Assembly (NCBI RefSeq): GCF_028368995.1 | Contig: NZ_JAQNDL010000002.1 | Coordinates: 1,824,001 to 1,888,000 of the forward strand | Reading direction: 5' to 3' | Length of the DNA: 64,000 nucleotides | DNA from: Nannocystis bainbridge | GTDB taxonomy: Bacteria; Myxococcota_A; Polyangia; Nannocystales; Nannocystaceae | Shown: piece after piece, positions 1-11,082 of the stretch | Layout: each line of letters begins with the position of its first letter | Numbering within the stretch: position 1 is the stretch's first letter | Notes under the pieces: model-generated | Database searches by the model: none | Told to the model about the DNA's origin: nothing | Seen by the model: only the letters and a program-made list of their open reading frames with translations | Program-made: the position numbers and the translations under genes

Positions 1-1
1 G

Positions 2-1045
2 ACCCGCAAGCCGGTCGAAGAGCTGAGCGGCGACGAGGTCAAGGCGCTGCTGGTCGAGTCGGGCCTGTGGACGGCCCTGCGCCAGCGCCCGTTCTCCCGC
101 GTCCCCAGCCCCGAGTCGACCCCGCGCGCGCTGTTCGTCACCGCGATCGACACCAGCCCGCTGTCGGCCGACGTCGCCGTGGTGCTCAAGGGCCACGAGG
201 CCGACTTCCAGCGCGGCCTGGCGGCGCTGAGCAAGCTCGCGCCGAAGACCTACCTGTGCAAGGGCCCCGGCCTGTCGCTCGACGCCGGCGGCGCCACGAA
301 CGTGCGCGTCGAGACCTTCGAGGGTCTGCACCCGGCCGGCCTGGTCGGCACGCACATCCACCTGCTCGAGCCGGTCAACCGCGAGCGCGTCGTGTGGCAC
401 ATCGGCTACCAGGACGTCGTCGCCGTCGGCCGCCTCGTCGCCACCGGCGAGCTCGACTTCCGCCGCGTCGTCGCCCTCGGCGGCCCGGTCGCCAAGCGCC
501 CGCGCCTGCTCGCGACCCGCAACGGCGCCAGCCTCGACGAGCTGACCGCCGGCGAGCTCAAGGTCTCGCCGGCCGGCGAGAACCGCGTCGTCAGCGGCTC
601 CGTGTTCGGCGGGCGCAAGGCCGTGGGCGAGGCCGACGGCTACCTCGGTCGCTTCGTCAACCAGGTCAGCGTGCTCGCCGAGGGCCGCCAGCGCGAGCTG
701 CTCGGCTGGCTCGCCCCGGGCGCCGGCAAGTACAGCACCATCCCGGTCTACTTCGGCTTCCTCGGCAAGCTGTTCGGCAAGAAGTTCGACCTCACCACCA
801 CGACCAACGGCTCGCCGCGGGCCATGGTCCCGATCGGCATGTACGAGCGCGTCATGCCGCTCGACATCCTGCCGACCTTCCTCCTCCGCTCGCTGCTCGT
901 CGGCGACACCGACCGGGCCGTCGAACTCGGCGCGCTCGAGCTCGACGAAGAAGACCTCGCGCTGTGCACCTTCGTCGACCCGGGTAAGTCGGACTTCGGC
1001 GCCGCGTTGCGGCACAACCTCAACGAGATCGAGAAAGAGGGCTGA
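2..1045 (+). CDS. nqrA: Na+-translocating NADH:quinone reductase subunit A (5' truncated by window edge)
   Basis: Frame is open from base 2 ([35 protein letters not shown]). Contains [11 protein letters not shown] and C-terminal [17 protein letters not shown] motifs of NqrA; first gene of the operon. Confidence 0.95.
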   Translation, partial: TRKPVEELSGDEVKALLVESGLWTALRQRPFSRVPSPESTPRALFVTAIDTSPLSADVAVVLKGHEADFQRGLAALSKLAPKTYLCKGPGLSLDAGGATNVRVETFEGLHPAGLVGTHIHLLEPVNRERVVWHIGYQDVVAVGRLVATGELDFRRVVALGGPVAKRPRLLATRNGASLDELTAGELKVSPAGENRVVSGSVFGGRKAVGEADGYLGRFVNQVSVLAEGRQRELLGWLAPGAGKYSTIPVYFGFLGKLFGKKFDLTTTTNGSPRAMVPIGMYERVMPLDILPTFLLRSLLVGDTDRAVELGALELDEEDLALCTFVDPGKSDFGAALRHNLNEIEKEG

Positions 1046-1050
1046 CGCAG

Positions 1051-2280
1051 ATGCGAAAACTGCTCGACAAGCTCGCGCACTCCTTCGAAAAGGGCGGCAA
1101 GCACGAGAAGCTGTACCCCCTCTACGAGGCGGCCGACACCTTCCTGTACACGCCCCCGGACGTCGCCAAGCGCGACTCTCACGTCCGCGACGCCCTCGAT
1201 CTCAAGCGCATGATGACCACCGTCGTCATCGCGCTGATCCCGTGCGTGTTGTTCGCGATGTACAACACCGGCCTGCAGGCGCACCTGATGATCGCCAAGG
1301 GCGCCGCGCCGCTCGACAACTGGCAGACCGCGCTCTTCCAGATGTTCGGCCTCGGCTTCGACCCGGCCAGCCTGCTCGCCTGCTTCCTGCACGGCGCCAT
1401 CTACTTCCTGCCCGTCTACGCCATCACGATGGCGATCGGCGGCAACTGCGAGGCGATCTTCTCGGTCGTGCGCAAGCACGAGATCAACGAGGGCTTCCTC
1501 GTCACCGGCCTGCTGTTCCCGCTGACGCTGCCGCCGACCATCCCGCTGTGGCAGGTCGCGCTCGGCATCGCCTTCGGCGTCGTCATCGGCAAGGAGGTCT
1601 TCGGCGGCACCGGCATGAACGTGCTGAACCCGGCGCTGACCGCCCGCGCGTTCCTGTTCTTCGCCTACCCGGCCCAGATCTCGGGCGACCAGCCGTGGGT
1701 GGCCGCCAACCTCTCCGCGCTGCCGCAGGGCGTCTCGGGCGCCACCGCGCTCGCCCGCGCCGCCGTCGACCCCGGCGTGGTGATGAACCAGACCGGCGGC
1801 TGGACCTCGACCTGGTGGGACGCCTTCATCGGCACCATCCCCGGCTCGATGGGTGAGACCTCGACGCTGGCGTGCCTGATCGGCGCCGCGGTCCTCATCA
1901 TCACCAGGGTCGGCTCGTGGCGGACCATGCTCGGCGTCGTGCTCGGCACGCTCGCGCTGTCGAGCCTGTTCAACGCCATCGGCAGCCAGACCAACCAGCT
2001 GTTCAACTTGCCGTTCGAGTGGCACATCGTGCTCGGCGGCTGGGCCTTCGGCACCGTGTTCATGGCCACCGACCCGGTCTCGTCGGCCTTCACCGACACC
2101 GGCAAGCTGATCTACGGCTTCGGCATCGGCGCCCTCGTCGTCCTGGTCCGGGTCGTGAACCCCGCCTACCCCGAGGGCATGATGCTGGCGATCCTGTTCA
2201 TGAACATGTTCGCCCCGCTCATCGACCACTTCTTCGTCCAGGCCAACATCAAGAGGAGGCTCGCCCGTCATGGCGCATAG
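1051..2280 (+). CDS. nqrB: Na+-NQR subunit B
   Basis: [33 protein letters not shown] flavinylation motif, [15 protein letters not shown]. Confidence 0.97.
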   Translation: MRKLLDKLAHSFEKGGKHEKLYPLYEAADTFLYTPPDVAKRDSHVRDALDLKRMMTTVVIALIPCVLFAMYNTGLQAHLMIAKGAAPLDNWQTALFQMFGLGFDPASLLACFLHGAIYFLPVYAITMAIGGNCEAIFSVVRKHEINEGFLVTGLLFPLTLPPTIPLWQVALGIAFGVVIGKEVFGGTGMNVLNPALTARAFLFFAYPAQISGDQPWVAANLSALPQGVSGATALARAAVDPGVVMNQTGGWTSTWWDAFIGTIPGSMGETSTLACLIGAAVLIITRVGSWRTMLGVVLGTLALSSLFNAIGSQTNQLFNLPFEWHIVLGGWAFGTVFMATDPVSSAFTDTGKLIYGFGIGALVVLVRVVNPAYPEGMMLAILFMNMFAPLIDHFFVQANIKRRLARHGA

Positions 2281-3052
2281 TACCGGCTACACCATCGGCT
2301 TCGCCGCACTGGTCTGCGTCGTCTGCGGGGTCGGCATCGCCAGCGCCGCGGTCGCGCTGGCCGACCGCCAGGCCGAGAACAAGAAGCTCGACCAGCAGAA
2401 GCAGGTCCTCGCGGTCGCCGGCCTGATGCAGGAGGGCGAGACGCTCAAGCCCGACGAGGTCAAGAAGCGCTTCGCCGACAACATCAAGCCCGAGGTCGTC
2501 GACCTCAAGGGCGGCGTGGCGGCCCAGGGCGTCGACCCCGCCGGCTTCGACCAGCGCAAGGCCCAGAAGGACCCGGCGCAGAGCCGCGAGGCCCCGCCGA
2601 ACAACGCCAAGGTCCTGCGCCTGCCCAACAACGCGCTGGTCTACAAGGTCCTCAAGGACGGCAAGGTCGACACCCTGATCTTCCCGATCGAGGGCTACGG
2701 CCTGTGGTCGACCCTGTACGGGTTCATCGCCCTCGACGCCAAGGACACCAACACCGTCAAGGGCATCACCTTCTACCAGCACGGCGAGACGCCGGGCCTC
2801 GGCGGCGAGGTCGACAACCCCAAGTGGAAGGCCCTGTGGCCCGGCCGCAAGGTCTACGGCGACAAGGGCGAGCCGCAGATCGCGGTCGTCAAGGGCCAGG
2901 CCGGCCCCGCGGCCAGCGACGCGTACCGCGTCGACGGCCTGTCCGGCGCCACGATCACGAGCAACGGCGTGACGAGCCTGGTCCGGTTCTGGTTCGGCCC
3001 TGACGGCTTCGGTCCCTACATCCAACACTCCAAGGCGGCGGGGGGTAAGTAA
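2270..3052 (+). CDS. nqrC: Na+-NQR subunit C
   Basis: N-terminal [37 protein letters not shown] motif. Confidence 0.96.
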   Translation: MAHSTGYTIGFAALVCVVCGVGIASAAVALADRQAENKKLDQQKQVLAVAGLMQEGETLKPDEVKKRFADNIKPEVVDLKGGVAAQGVDPAGFDQRKAQKDPAQSREAPPNNAKVLRLPNNALVYKVLKDGKVDTLIFPIEGYGLWSTLYGFIALDAKDTNTVKGITFYQHGETPGLGGEVDNPKWKALWPGRKVYGDKGEPQIAVVKGQAGPAASDAYRVDGLSGATITSNGVTSLVRFWFGPDGFGPYIQHSKAAGGK

Positions 3053-3055
3053 GTC

Positions 3056-3679
3056 ATGGACAAGCAGACCAAGGGCGTCCTCTTCGACCCCCTGTTCAAC
3101 AACAACCCGATCGCCCTGCAGGTGCTCGGCATCTGCTCGGCGCTGGCGGTCACGACCAAGCTCGAGACCGCGCTGGTCATGTCGATCGCGCTGACCATCG
3201 TCACCGCGTTCAGCAACCTGGCGATCAGCCTGATCCGCAACCACATCCCCTCGAGCATCCGCATCATCGTCCAGCTGACGATCATCGCCTCGCTCGTCAT
3301 CATCACCGACCAGATCCTGAAGGCTTTCGTCTACGACGTGAGCAAGCAGATGAGCGTCTACGTCGGCCTCATCATCACCAACTGCATCGTCATGGGCCGC
3401 GCCGAGGCCTACGCGATGGCCAACAAGCCCGGCATCAGCTTCCTCGACGGCGTCGGCAACGGCCTCGGCTACAGCATGGTGCTGCTGGCGGTCGCCGTCC
3501 TCCGCGAGCTGTTCGGCTCCGGCAAGCTGTTCGGCGTCGAGATCCTCAAGACGGTCAACGACGGCGGCTGGTACACCACCAACGGCTTGATGGTGATGTC
3601 ACCGTCGGCGTTCTTCATCATCGGCGGCATGATCTGGGCTCTCCGGGTCGCCAAGCCGGCGCAGCAGGAGAAGGAGTGA
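3056..3679 (+). CDS. nqrD: Na+-NQR subunit D
   Basis: [33 protein letters not shown]. Confidence 0.97.
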   Translation: MDKQTKGVLFDPLFNNNPIALQVLGICSALAVTTKLETALVMSIALTIVTAFSNLAISLIRNHIPSSIRIIVQLTIIASLVIITDQILKAFVYDVSKQMSVYVGLIITNCIVMGRAEAYAMANKPGISFLDGVGNGLGYSMVLLAVAVLRELFGSGKLFGVEILKTVNDGGWYTTNGLMVMSPSAFFIIGGMIWALRVAKPAQQEKE

Positions 3680-3683
3680 GCCC

Positions 3684-4301
3684 ATGCTCGAGCACTACTT
3701 GAGCCTCCTGGCGAAGTCGATCTTCGTCGAGAACATGGCCCTGGCGTTCTTCCTGGGCATGTGCTCCTTCCTCGCGGTGTCGAAGAAGGTCGAGACGGCC
3801 ATCGGCCTGGGCGCCGCCGTCATCTTCGTGCTCGCGGTGTGCGTCCCGCTCAACCAGTTCATCATCGTGTCTCTCCTCAAGGAGGGCGCGCTGGCCTGGA
3901 TCCACCCGAGCTTCGCCACCGTCGACCTCACCTTCCTCAGCTTCCTGGTCCAGATCGGCAGCATCGCCGCCGTCGTCCAGGTCGTCGAGATGGCGGTCGA
4001 CCGCTACGCCCCCGCCCTTTACAACGCGCTCGGCGTGTTCCTGCCGCTGATCGCCGTCAACTGCGCCATCCTGGGCGCCTCGCTGTTCATGGAGCAGCGC
4101 GAGTACAGCCTGGGCGAGGCGGCCGTGTTCGGCGTCGGCTCCGGCATCGGCTGGGCCCTCGCGATCGTCGCGTTCGCCGCCCTGCGCGAGAAGATGCGCT
4201 ACAGCAACGTCCCCGAGGGTCTGCGCGGCCTCGGCATCGCGTTCATCCTCACCGGCCTGATGGCGATCGGCTTCCTCGCCTTCTCGGGCATCCAGCTCTG
4301 A
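3684..4301 (+). CDS. nqrE: Na+-NQR subunit E
   Basis: [36 protein letters not shown], ends FSGIQL. Confidence 0.97.
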   Translation: MLEHYLSLLAKSIFVENMALAFFLGMCSFLAVSKKVETAIGLGAAVIFVLAVCVPLNQFIIVSLLKEGALAWIHPSFATVDLTFLSFLVQIGSIAAVVQVVEMAVDRYAPALYNALGVFLPLIAVNCAILGASLFMEQREYSLGEAAVFGVGSGIGWALAIVAFAALREKMRYSNVPEGLRGLGIAFILTGLMAIGFLAFSGIQL

Positions 4302-4322
4302 CCCGTCGAGAGCCCCACCGTT

Positions 4323-5552
4323 ATGACCACCATCATCATCCTCGGCGTGGCGATGTTCACGTTCGTGATCCTGGCCCTGGTGCTCATCCTGCTCGCCGCC
4401 AAGGCGAAGCTGGTCAACACCGAGGCCGTCACGATCGGCATCAACGGCGACCCCACCCTGGCGATGCGGGTCCCCGCCGGCAGCACGCTGCTCAACACCC
4501 TCGCCAACCAGAAGATCTTCATCCCCTCGGCCTGCGGCGGCAAAGGCAGCTGCGGCGTATGCAAGGTGAAGGTCCACAGCGGCGGCGGCTCCATGGTCCC
4601 GACCGAGGCCGGTCACATCAGCAAGGGCGAGGCTCGCGAGGGCTGCCGGCTGTCGTGTCAGGTCAAGGTCAAGGGCGACATGCAGATCGAGCTGCCGCAC
4701 GAGATCTTCGAGATCAAGAAGTGGACCTGCAAGGTCCGCTCGAACAACGGCGTCGCCACCTTCATCAAGGAGTTCGTCATCGAGCTCCCGCCCGGTGAGG
4801 TCGTCCCGTTCCGCGCCGGCGGCTACATCCAGATCGAGTGCCCGCCGCACGTCGCGAACTACAAGGACATGGTCATCGAGGACAAGTATCGCGACGAGTG
4901 GGACAAGTATAACTTGTGGCGCTACGTCTCGAACTGCACCGAGACCGTCGAGCGCGCCTACTCGATGGCCAACTATCCGGAGGAGTACGGCATCATCATG
5001 CTGAACATCCGGATCGCGACCCCGCCGCCGAAGCTCCCCGACGCCCCTCCGGGCATCATGAGCTCGTTCATCTTCAGCCGCAAAGAGGGCGACCCCGTCG
5101 TCATCTCCGGCCCGTACGGCGAGTTCTTCGCCCGCGAGACCAAGAACGAGATGGTGTTCATCGGCGGCGGCGCCGGCATGGCGCCGATGCGCTCGCACAT
5201 CTTCGACCAGTTCAAGCGCCTCCGCACCGACCGCAAGGTCTCGTTCTGGTACGGCGCCCGCAGCCTCCGCGAGGCCTTCTACGTCGAGGACTTCGACGGC
5301 ATCCAGAGCGAGTTCCCCAACTTCAAGTGGCACCTCGCGCTGTCCGAGCCCAAGCCGGAGGACAACTGGACCGGCTACAAGGGCTTCATCCACCAGGTGC
5401 TGCTCGAGAACTACCTCAAGATGCACCCCGCCCCCGAAGACTGCGAGTACTACATCTGCGGCCCGCCGATGATGAACGCCGCCGTCATCAAGATGCTCAC
5501 CGATCTCGGCGTCGAGCCCGAGAACATCATGATGGACGACTTCGGCGGCTGA
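4323..5552 (+). CDS. nqrF: Na+-NQR subunit F (2Fe-2S/FAD/NADH)
   Basis: [44 protein letters not shown], ends DDFGG. Confidence 0.98.
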   Translation: MTTIIILGVAMFTFVILALVLILLAAKAKLVNTEAVTIGINGDPTLAMRVPAGSTLLNTLANQKIFIPSACGGKGSCGVCKVKVHSGGGSMVPTEAGHISKGEAREGCRLSCQVKVKGDMQIELPHEIFEIKKWTCKVRSNNGVATFIKEFVIELPPGEVVPFRAGGYIQIECPPHVANYKDMVIEDKYRDEWDKYNLWRYVSNCTETVERAYSMANYPEEYGIIMLNIRIATPPPKLPDAPPGIMSSFIFSRKEGDPVVISGPYGEFFARETKNEMVFIGGGAGMAPMRSHIFDQFKRLRTDRKVSFWYGARSLREAFYVEDFDGIQSEFPNFKWHLALSEPKPEDNWTGYKGFIHQVLLENYLKMHPAPEDCEYYICGPPMMNAAVIKMLTDLGVEPENIMMDDFGG

Positions 5553-5583
5553 AAAGCGCCGAACCCACGCAGGGCAGCCCTTC

Positions 5584-6711
5584 GTGTCGGATCCGCTGAA
5601 ACAAAAGTACGGGAGCAGGGCGCAGGTCCTGCTCCCGCTTTGTCTTGTGGCGTTCGTGGCCCTGAGCGCCTGGCGCCTCTGGCCTTCGGGACAGGTCGCG
5701 CGAACGCCCGCGGGCGCGCCCGCAGCCGCCTCCACGAGCGGCCCGACGCACGTGGTCTCGGGCCCGACGATGGGCACCACGTGGCGCGTCACCGTGGTCC
5801 ATGAGGGCCGCGACCCGGCGCCGATCCTGCCGATGATCGAGGCCGAGCTGGCGCAGATCGATCGAGAGATGTCGACCTGGCGCGACGACTCCGCGATCAG
5901 CGAGTTCAACCGCCGCACCGAGACGTCTGCCTTCCCGGCCCCCGCCGCGCTGGTCGAGGTCGTCGCCCAGGCCCGCGACGTCAGCGAGCGCAGCGGCGGC
6001 GCCTTCGACGTCACCGTCTCGCCGCTGGTCGACGCCTGGGGCTTCGGCCGTCCCGGCCCCGTCGCCGCCCCGCCGACCGACGAGCAGCTCGCGGCCCTGC
6101 GCGCCCAGGTCGGCTGGCAGTCGCTGCACGCCGACCGCGAGGCCGCCACGCTGCGCAAGGACCAGCCCGCGCTCACGATCACGCTCTCGGCCATCGCCCC
6201 CGGCTACGCGGCCGACGTCCTGTCCGACCGCCTCGTCGCGCTCGGCTTCCCCCGCCACCTCGTCGACGTCGGCGGCGAGTTCCGGGCCCGCGGCGACGGC
6301 CCCGAGGGCCCGTGGCGCCTCGGCATCGAGCGCCCCGACGGCCCTACGGATGAGCGCGTCGTGCAAGAGGTCGTGCCGTTGCGCGACGCCGCGCTCGCCA
6401 CGAGCGGCGACTACCGCAACTACCGCGAGCAAGCCGGTCGACGGATCTCGCACACCATCGACCCACGCAGCGGCCGTCCGATCGATCACAAGCTGGCCTC
6501 GGTCACGGTCATCCACCGCACGGCCGCGCTCGCCGACGCGTACGCCACCGCGCTCAACGTCCTCGGCCCCGAAGACGGCTTCGCCCTCGCCGAGCGCGAG
6601 GCCCTGCCGGCCCTGTTCCTCGTGCGCGAGGGCGACGGCTTCGCCGCCCGCGCCACGGCGGCCTTCGCGGCCTTGCGCGGGGCCCCCCCGTCCGCCACCC
6701 TGAGTCCCTGA
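5584..6711 (+). CDS. apbE: FAD:protein FMN transferase (ApbE family)
   Basis: TMGTTWRV, GGAFDVTVSPLVDAWGFG, ATSGDYRNY, SHTIDPRSG, ADAYATAL; follows nqrF. Confidence 0.93.
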   Translation: MSDPLKQKYGSRAQVLLPLCLVAFVALSAWRLWPSGQVARTPAGAPAAASTSGPTHVVSGPTMGTTWRVTVVHEGRDPAPILPMIEAELAQIDREMSTWRDDSAISEFNRRTETSAFPAPAALVEVVAQARDVSERSGGAFDVTVSPLVDAWGFGRPGPVAAPPTDEQLAALRAQVGWQSLHADREAATLRKDQPALTITLSAIAPGYAADVLSDRLVALGFPRHLVDVGGEFRARGDGPEGPWRLGIERPDGPTDERVVQEVVPLRDAALATSGDYRNYREQAGRRISHTIDPRSGRPIDHKLASVTVIHRTAALADAYATALNVLGPEDGFALAEREALPALFLVREGDGFAARATAAFAALRGAPPSATLSP

Positions 6712-6712
6712 C

Positions 6713-6886
6713 ATGACCACGATCGTGCTCACCATCGCCGTCCTCGCGGCCGTCATGCTCGGCATGGCCGTCGGCGCCATCTTCGCCGGCAAGTACCTCA
6801 AGGGCTCGTGCGGCGGCCTCGCCAACGGCAGCTGCGAGTGCACCGACACCCAGCGGCGCGACTGCTCGACCCGCCCCGCCGCCTGA
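6713..6886 (+). CDS. nqrM: NqrM/DUF539-family Na+-NQR maturation protein (57 aa, missing from ORF track)
   Basis: Hand translation: MTTIVLTIAVLAAVMLGMAVGAIFAGKYLKGSCGGLANGSCECTDTQRRDCSTRPAA*. One TM helix followed by KGSCGGL and three more Cys; starts 1 nt after the apbE stop. Confidence 0.88.
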   Translation: MTTIVLTIAVLAAVMLGMAVGAIFAGKYLKGSCGGLANGSCECTDTQRRDCSTRPAA

Positions 6887-6888
6887 GC

Positions 6889-6944
6889 CGTCCCTCGGGA
6901 CATGTCCCCTGCGACATGTCCTTCATCACCTGCTCTATCCGACA
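6889..6944. repeat. Phased array of 14-bp TGTCC-N4-GGACA-like palindromes (4 units)
   Basis: cgtccctcgggaca|tgtcccctgcgaca|tgtccttcatcacc|tgctctatccgaca, directly after the nqrM stop. Confidence 0.85.
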
Positions 6945-7006
6945 GGTCGTGGGGCGCGTCGACTGGCGTGATCGCGGCAGATGAGCGACGCTCGCCGCGG
7001 TCTGGC

Positions 7007-8155
7007 ATGACGATCACCGACGCGGCCTACCTCGACGAGCGGCTCCGGGGCCTGGACCTGGCCCCGCTCCCGGTCTGGGTGCTGGACCCCGAGGTGATGC
7101 GGATCGCCTGGGCCAACGGCCCCGCGCTCGACATGTGGCGCGCCCACAGCCGCGAGGAGCTGGCCGGCCGCGACTTCCGCGTCGGCCCCGAAACCGTGCT
7201 CACGCGCCTTTACACGGCCATCGCGCGGGTCCGCGAGGGCCACTCGTGGTGGGACGAGTGGACCGTCTACCCGCGCGGCCAGCCGGTCCAGATCAAGGTC
7301 CACTTCTCGCCGCTGCCGCTGGCCGACGGCCGGATCGTCGTCCTCCAGCACGTCGTCCCGCGCGACGAGGGCCCCGCGCCCGATCAGCTGCGCGGCGTCC
7401 AGGCGCTCGTGCTCACGCCGATGATCGTCGCGCAGGCCGAGTTCGACGGCCGGATCGTCATGAAGAACCCCGCCGCGATCCTGGCCTTCGGTCGCCTCGC
7501 CGATCACTGGCCCGCGTGGTTCGTCGAGCCCGCCGCCGCCGAGGCCATGCTCGCCGCCGCTGCGGCCGGCGACAGTGTGCGCCGCGAAGTGCGGGTGACC
7601 ACCGAAGCCGGAGAACGGGTCCACGTCGTCGAGGTCTGCCCCGCGCGCGACGCCGTCACCGGTCGAATGATGGCGCTCATCCATCACGCCGACGAGACCG
7701 CGCGTCACGGCGCCGAGGTCGAGGCCGCGCGTCACCAGCGGCTCGCCGAGGAGCTCGACCGCACCCTCGCCCTCGTCGATCATCAGCGCCGCGAGATCCT
7801 CGGCCTGTCCGCCCCGCTCCTCGACATCGACGACCACACCCTCGCCATCCCGCTCGTCGGCGCCTTTGATCGCGAGCGCGGCGCCGACCTCGAGGCGCGG
7901 GTCCTGCCTGCCATCGCCGAGCGGCGCGTCCACACCGTCCTGCTCGACCTCACCGGCACCCTCGCCGGCGACGTCGCCAACGCCGAGCAGCTCATGCGCT
8001 TCGTGCGAGCGATCCGCCTGCTCGGTGCGCGCGCGATCCTCACCGGCATCCGCCCCGCTCTGGCCCGCGCCCTCGTCGAAGTCGGCTTCGACGGCGGCGA
8101 GACCCCGTTCGCTCGCTCGCTCGCCGCCGGCCTCGAGCTCGCGCGAGCTCGCTGA
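7007..8155 (+). CDS. PAS-like/STAS domain protein (RsbR-type)
   Basis: C-terminal LSAPLLDIDDHTLAIPLVG...LLDLTG...RLLGARAILTGIRP STAS signature. ATG 7007 preferred because the ORF-track start (6902) lies inside the repeat array. Confidence 0.8.
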   Translation: MTITDAAYLDERLRGLDLAPLPVWVLDPEVMRIAWANGPALDMWRAHSREELAGRDFRVGPETVLTRLYTAIARVREGHSWWDEWTVYPRGQPVQIKVHFSPLPLADGRIVVLQHVVPRDEGPAPDQLRGVQALVLTPMIVAQAEFDGRIVMKNPAAILAFGRLADHWPAWFVEPAAAEAMLAAAAAGDSVRREVRVTTEAGERVHVVEVCPARDAVTGRMMALIHHADETARHGAEVEAARHQRLAEELDRTLALVDHQRREILGLSAPLLDIDDHTLAIPLVGAFDRERGADLEARVLPAIAERRVHTVLLDLTGTLAGDVANAEQLMRFVRAIRLLGARAILTGIRPALARALVEVGFDGGETPFARSLAAGLELARAR

Positions 8156-8253
8156 GCCCCGCGGACGCCAGCCTCAATCTCGCGTGCTGCCCTGATGGCA
8201 GACCCGAAGCCCGTCCGCCGCTGTGACGTGCGACGCCGAGCTCCTCACTCATC

Positions 8254-8295
8254 TTACCTTCGAGACATGTTCATTCGAACATGTCCCATCAACCA
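8254..8295. repeat. 14-bp palindrome array (3 units)
   Basis: ttaccttcgagaca|tgttcattcgaaca|tgtcccatcaacca, between convergent genes. Confidence 0.75.
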
Positions 8296-8299
8296 TTCA

Positions 8300-9643
8300 T
8301 CATCTCACCCGCGCCAGCAGCTCGACCAGTTGCCCGCTGAGCATCCGGTACAGCGCCGCCGCCTCGCCCTCCAGCGCCGCCTCGTGGCGCGTCAGCGCTG
8401 CCCGGTCGCCGCGCGCCGCCGGCCCTGACACCCCGCGCGGGATCCCCAGCGCCAGCAGGTTCTCGAGCGCCGAGCGCAGCAGCTCCCCGACCGCGTGCGT
8501 CGCCATCGGCCCTGGCAGCCCCAGCGAGCGCATCGTCGCCGCCGACAGCTCCGCCAGCACCGCCACGTGGTTGCCCGCCAGCGCGCACGCGGCGTGGTAG
8601 CGCGTGCGCTGCTCTGCCGTCAGCCCTTGCAGATCCAGGTGGCCCTGCGGGCCGATCCAGCGCAACGCCACCGCGCGCGCCTCCGGGTCCCCCTCGATCC
8701 CGAACACGCACGAGCCCAGGCGCCCCTGCGGTCGCTCGCGGCGCAGGCTGCAGATCGGGTGCAGCGTCCCGACCGGGTGGCCCGCCGCCGCCGCCGCCGC
8801 CAGCCCTTCGCGCGCCACCACGGCCCCGGCCGCGTGCAGCACCGGCACCCGCGGCGCCGCGCGGGCCACCAGCGCCGCCGCCATCGCCCCCAGCTGACCA
8901 TCCTGTCCCAACAGCCAGATCGCGTCGGGTGTCCCTTCGGGCAGCTCACCTGTCCCGTCGACCAGCCCGCGCCCCGACCCCGTCGCCGTCGACCAGCCGC
9001 GCTCGCGCAGCCACGGCTCGGCGTGGGCCGCCACGTTGCTTCGACCGAACAGCCACACATGGCCGACGTGACCGACCTGCAGCCGGCGCAGCACCGCCGC
9101 CGGCACCGCCATCGTCAGGGCTTCCTGCGCCGCAGGATCATCGCCCGCCGCCAGCCAAGCGCGCACCGCCGTGCTGCTGATCTCCGGCAGCGCGCAGTCC
9201 TCGGCGTCGGCGAACCCGACCCGCGGCACCACGATCGGCGAGAACTCCGCCGCGATCTCGGCCGCCCGGTGCCAGCGCTGCAGCTCTCCGCGCACGACGA
9301 TGTCCGAACCGACCACCAGCCGCACCGCGTACCCCGGGTGCTCCTCCGCCACTGTGCGCAGCAGGTCGTAGCTGTAGCTCGGCCCCTCGCCGCGCCGCGC
9401 CGCCAGCCGCGCCTCGACGTCGCTGACCTCGACCGTCTCGGCCTGGGCCGCCATCGCCAGGCGCGTCAGCGCCAGCCGCTCGGCGAACGGCATCATCGAC
9501 TTGGCGAACGGGTGCGACCAGCACGGCGCCACCAACACCCGATCCGCCAGCCCGCGCGCCAGCAGATAGGTCGGGATCAGCGCGTGTCCGAGGTGCGGCG
9601 GATCGAAGCTGCCGCCGAGGACGGCGAGGACGGGACGCTGCAT
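8300..9643 (-). CDS. nadD: Nicotinate-nucleotide adenylyltransferase NadD fused to a Rossmann-like/DUF2520 domain
   Basis: N-terminal GGSFDPPHLGH and ISSTAVR. C-terminal HPICS, YHAACALAGNH and SGPAARGD...RH are typical of DUF2520. Confidence 0.85.
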   Translation of the reverse strand: MQRPVLAVLGGSFDPPHLGHALIPTYLLARGLADRVLVAPCWSHPFAKSMMPFAERLALTRLAMAAQAETVEVSDVEARLAARRGEGPSYSYDLLRTVAEEHPGYAVRLVVGSDIVVRGELQRWHRAAEIAAEFSPIVVPRVGFADAEDCALPEISSTAVRAWLAAGDDPAAQEALTMAVPAAVLRRLQVGHVGHVWLFGRSNVAAHAEPWLRERGWSTATGSGRGLVDGTGELPEGTPDAIWLLGQDGQLGAMAAALVARAAPRVPVLHAAGAVVAREGLAAAAAAGHPVGTLHPICSLRRERPQGRLGSCVFGIEGDPEARAVALRWIGPQGHLDLQGLTAEQRTRYHAACALAGNHVAVLAELSAATMRSLGLPGPMATHAVGELLRSALENLLALGIPRGVSGPAARGDRAALTRHEAALEGEAAALYRMLSGQLVELLARVR

Positions 9644-9704
9644 GCGCCCGCGATCGTCCCAGCCTTCGCCGGCCGCGGCAAGTCGCCGCGCGCCTTCGAC
9701 CCGC

Positions 9705-10925
9705 TCACTCCGGGTACAGCAAGAATTCGCGGCGGCGGGCCACGAACGCCGCGCGCTGCGGCTCCTGGCTCGCCGTCATCTCCGCCAGCGACGTCTGCGC
9801 CTCGATCGCCGCGCGCAGCCACGGCCCGCCGGCCAGCAGATCGATCGCCGGACGATCGGCCACGAACTCGTACGGCTCCGTGCGCCAGCGCATCGCCCCC
9901 TGTCCCAAGCGCCAGGTCGCGCGCAGCACCGCCCAGCTGGTGCGCAGCGAGCGGACCGCCGCCGGCTCGCGCACGTGCAGCTGGACCCCGCCGCAGCGGC
10001 GCCCGGCGAACTTCTGGAACATCGGCTTGAACCCGAGCGGCCGCACTTGCAGCCCCGGCAGCGCCGCGTCGTCCTCTTGCAGCGCCGCCGCCAGCGCCTG
10101 CCCGTCGAGCCACGGCGCGCCGAAGATCTCGAACGGCCGGGTCGTTCCGCGGCCCTCGCTGAGGTTCGTGCCCTCGAGCAGGCACTGCCCCGGATACACC
10201 AGCGCCGCGCCCATCGTCGGCATGTTCGGCGACGGCAGCACCCACGGCAGACCTGTCTCGAAGAACAGCATCGATCGCGCCCAGCCCGCGCACTGCAGCA
10301 CCTCGAGCCGCTCGCACCCGACCCGCCCGCGCTCGAGCATCGCCATGCGCGCCAGCTCGCCGAGCGTCATCCCGTGACGGACCGCCACGTCGTGCAGCCC
10401 GACGAAGCTCTCCTCGTTGGCCGCGATCGCGCCGCCCTCGACGAGATCGGGCGACCCGCCGAGCGGGTTCGGCCGGTCGAGGATCAGCACCCGCAGCCCC
10501 GCCTGCAGCGCCACCTCGGCGGCCAGCACTGCCGTCCACACGTACGTGTAGTAGCGGCTGCCGATGTCCTGCAGATCGATCACCAGCCACGCCGCCCCGT
10601 GGAACATCTCCGGCGTCGGGCTCAGGCTGGCGAACGTCTCGCCGTACAGGCTGTACGCCGGGACCGCCGCCCGCGGCGCCTCGCCGGCCACCACCTCCAT
10701 GTCCTGCGCCGCCGCGTCGAGCCCGTGCTCCGGGCCCAGCAGGCTGACCACGCGCGCCCCGATCCGGGCCATCACCGCCGTCGCGTGCTCGAGCTCCGCC
10801 GTCACCGACGCCGGGTGGCACAGCAGCGCCACCGGCACCTCGCGCAGCCGCGGACCCTCGCCGGCGGCCAGGCGATCGAGCCCCGTCTTCACCGCGGGCG
10901 CGCGGCCACCTGACCCTTCAGACAT
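9705..10925 (-). CDS. namZ: Exo-beta-N-acetylmuramidase NamZ (DUF1343)
   Basis: VKTGLDRL, GPEHG, DLQDIGSRYYTY, DRPNPLGG, RHGMTLGELA, PSPNMPT, LSEGRGTTRPFE. ATG at 10925. Confidence 0.9.
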   Translation of the reverse strand: MSEGSGGRAPAVKTGLDRLAAGEGPRLREVPVALLCHPASVTAELEHATAVMARIGARVVSLLGPEHGLDAAAQDMEVVAGEAPRAAVPAYSLYGETFASLSPTPEMFHGAAWLVIDLQDIGSRYYTYVWTAVLAAEVALQAGLRVLILDRPNPLGGSPDLVEGGAIAANEESFVGLHDVAVRHGMTLGELARMAMLERGRVGCERLEVLQCAGWARSMLFFETGLPWVLPSPNMPTMGAALVYPGQCLLEGTNLSEGRGTTRPFEIFGAPWLDGQALAAALQEDDAALPGLQVRPLGFKPMFQKFAGRRCGGVQLHVREPAAVRSLRTSWAVLRATWRLGQGAMRWRTEPYEFVADRPAIDLLAGGPWLRAAIEAQTSLAEMTASQEPQRAAFVARRREFLLYPE

Positions 10926-10938
10926 GTCATGAGCGAGC
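10911..10938. repeat. 14-bp palindrome pair overlapping the namZ start
   Basis: tgacccttcagaca|tgtcatgagcgagc. Confidence 0.5.
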
Positions 10939-11082
10939 ACGCCCTCGCTATAGCGGTCCGCCGCCTCGCCCTCAAATTCTCGGGCGCTCCCGCCGCGGGG
11001 CGGCCTCGCCCCTCGCCCGGTCTGCGCCCCCCTGATTCGTCGCTTTTTTGGGCCGCTCGCCGGGGCTTGGCATCCTACCTGT

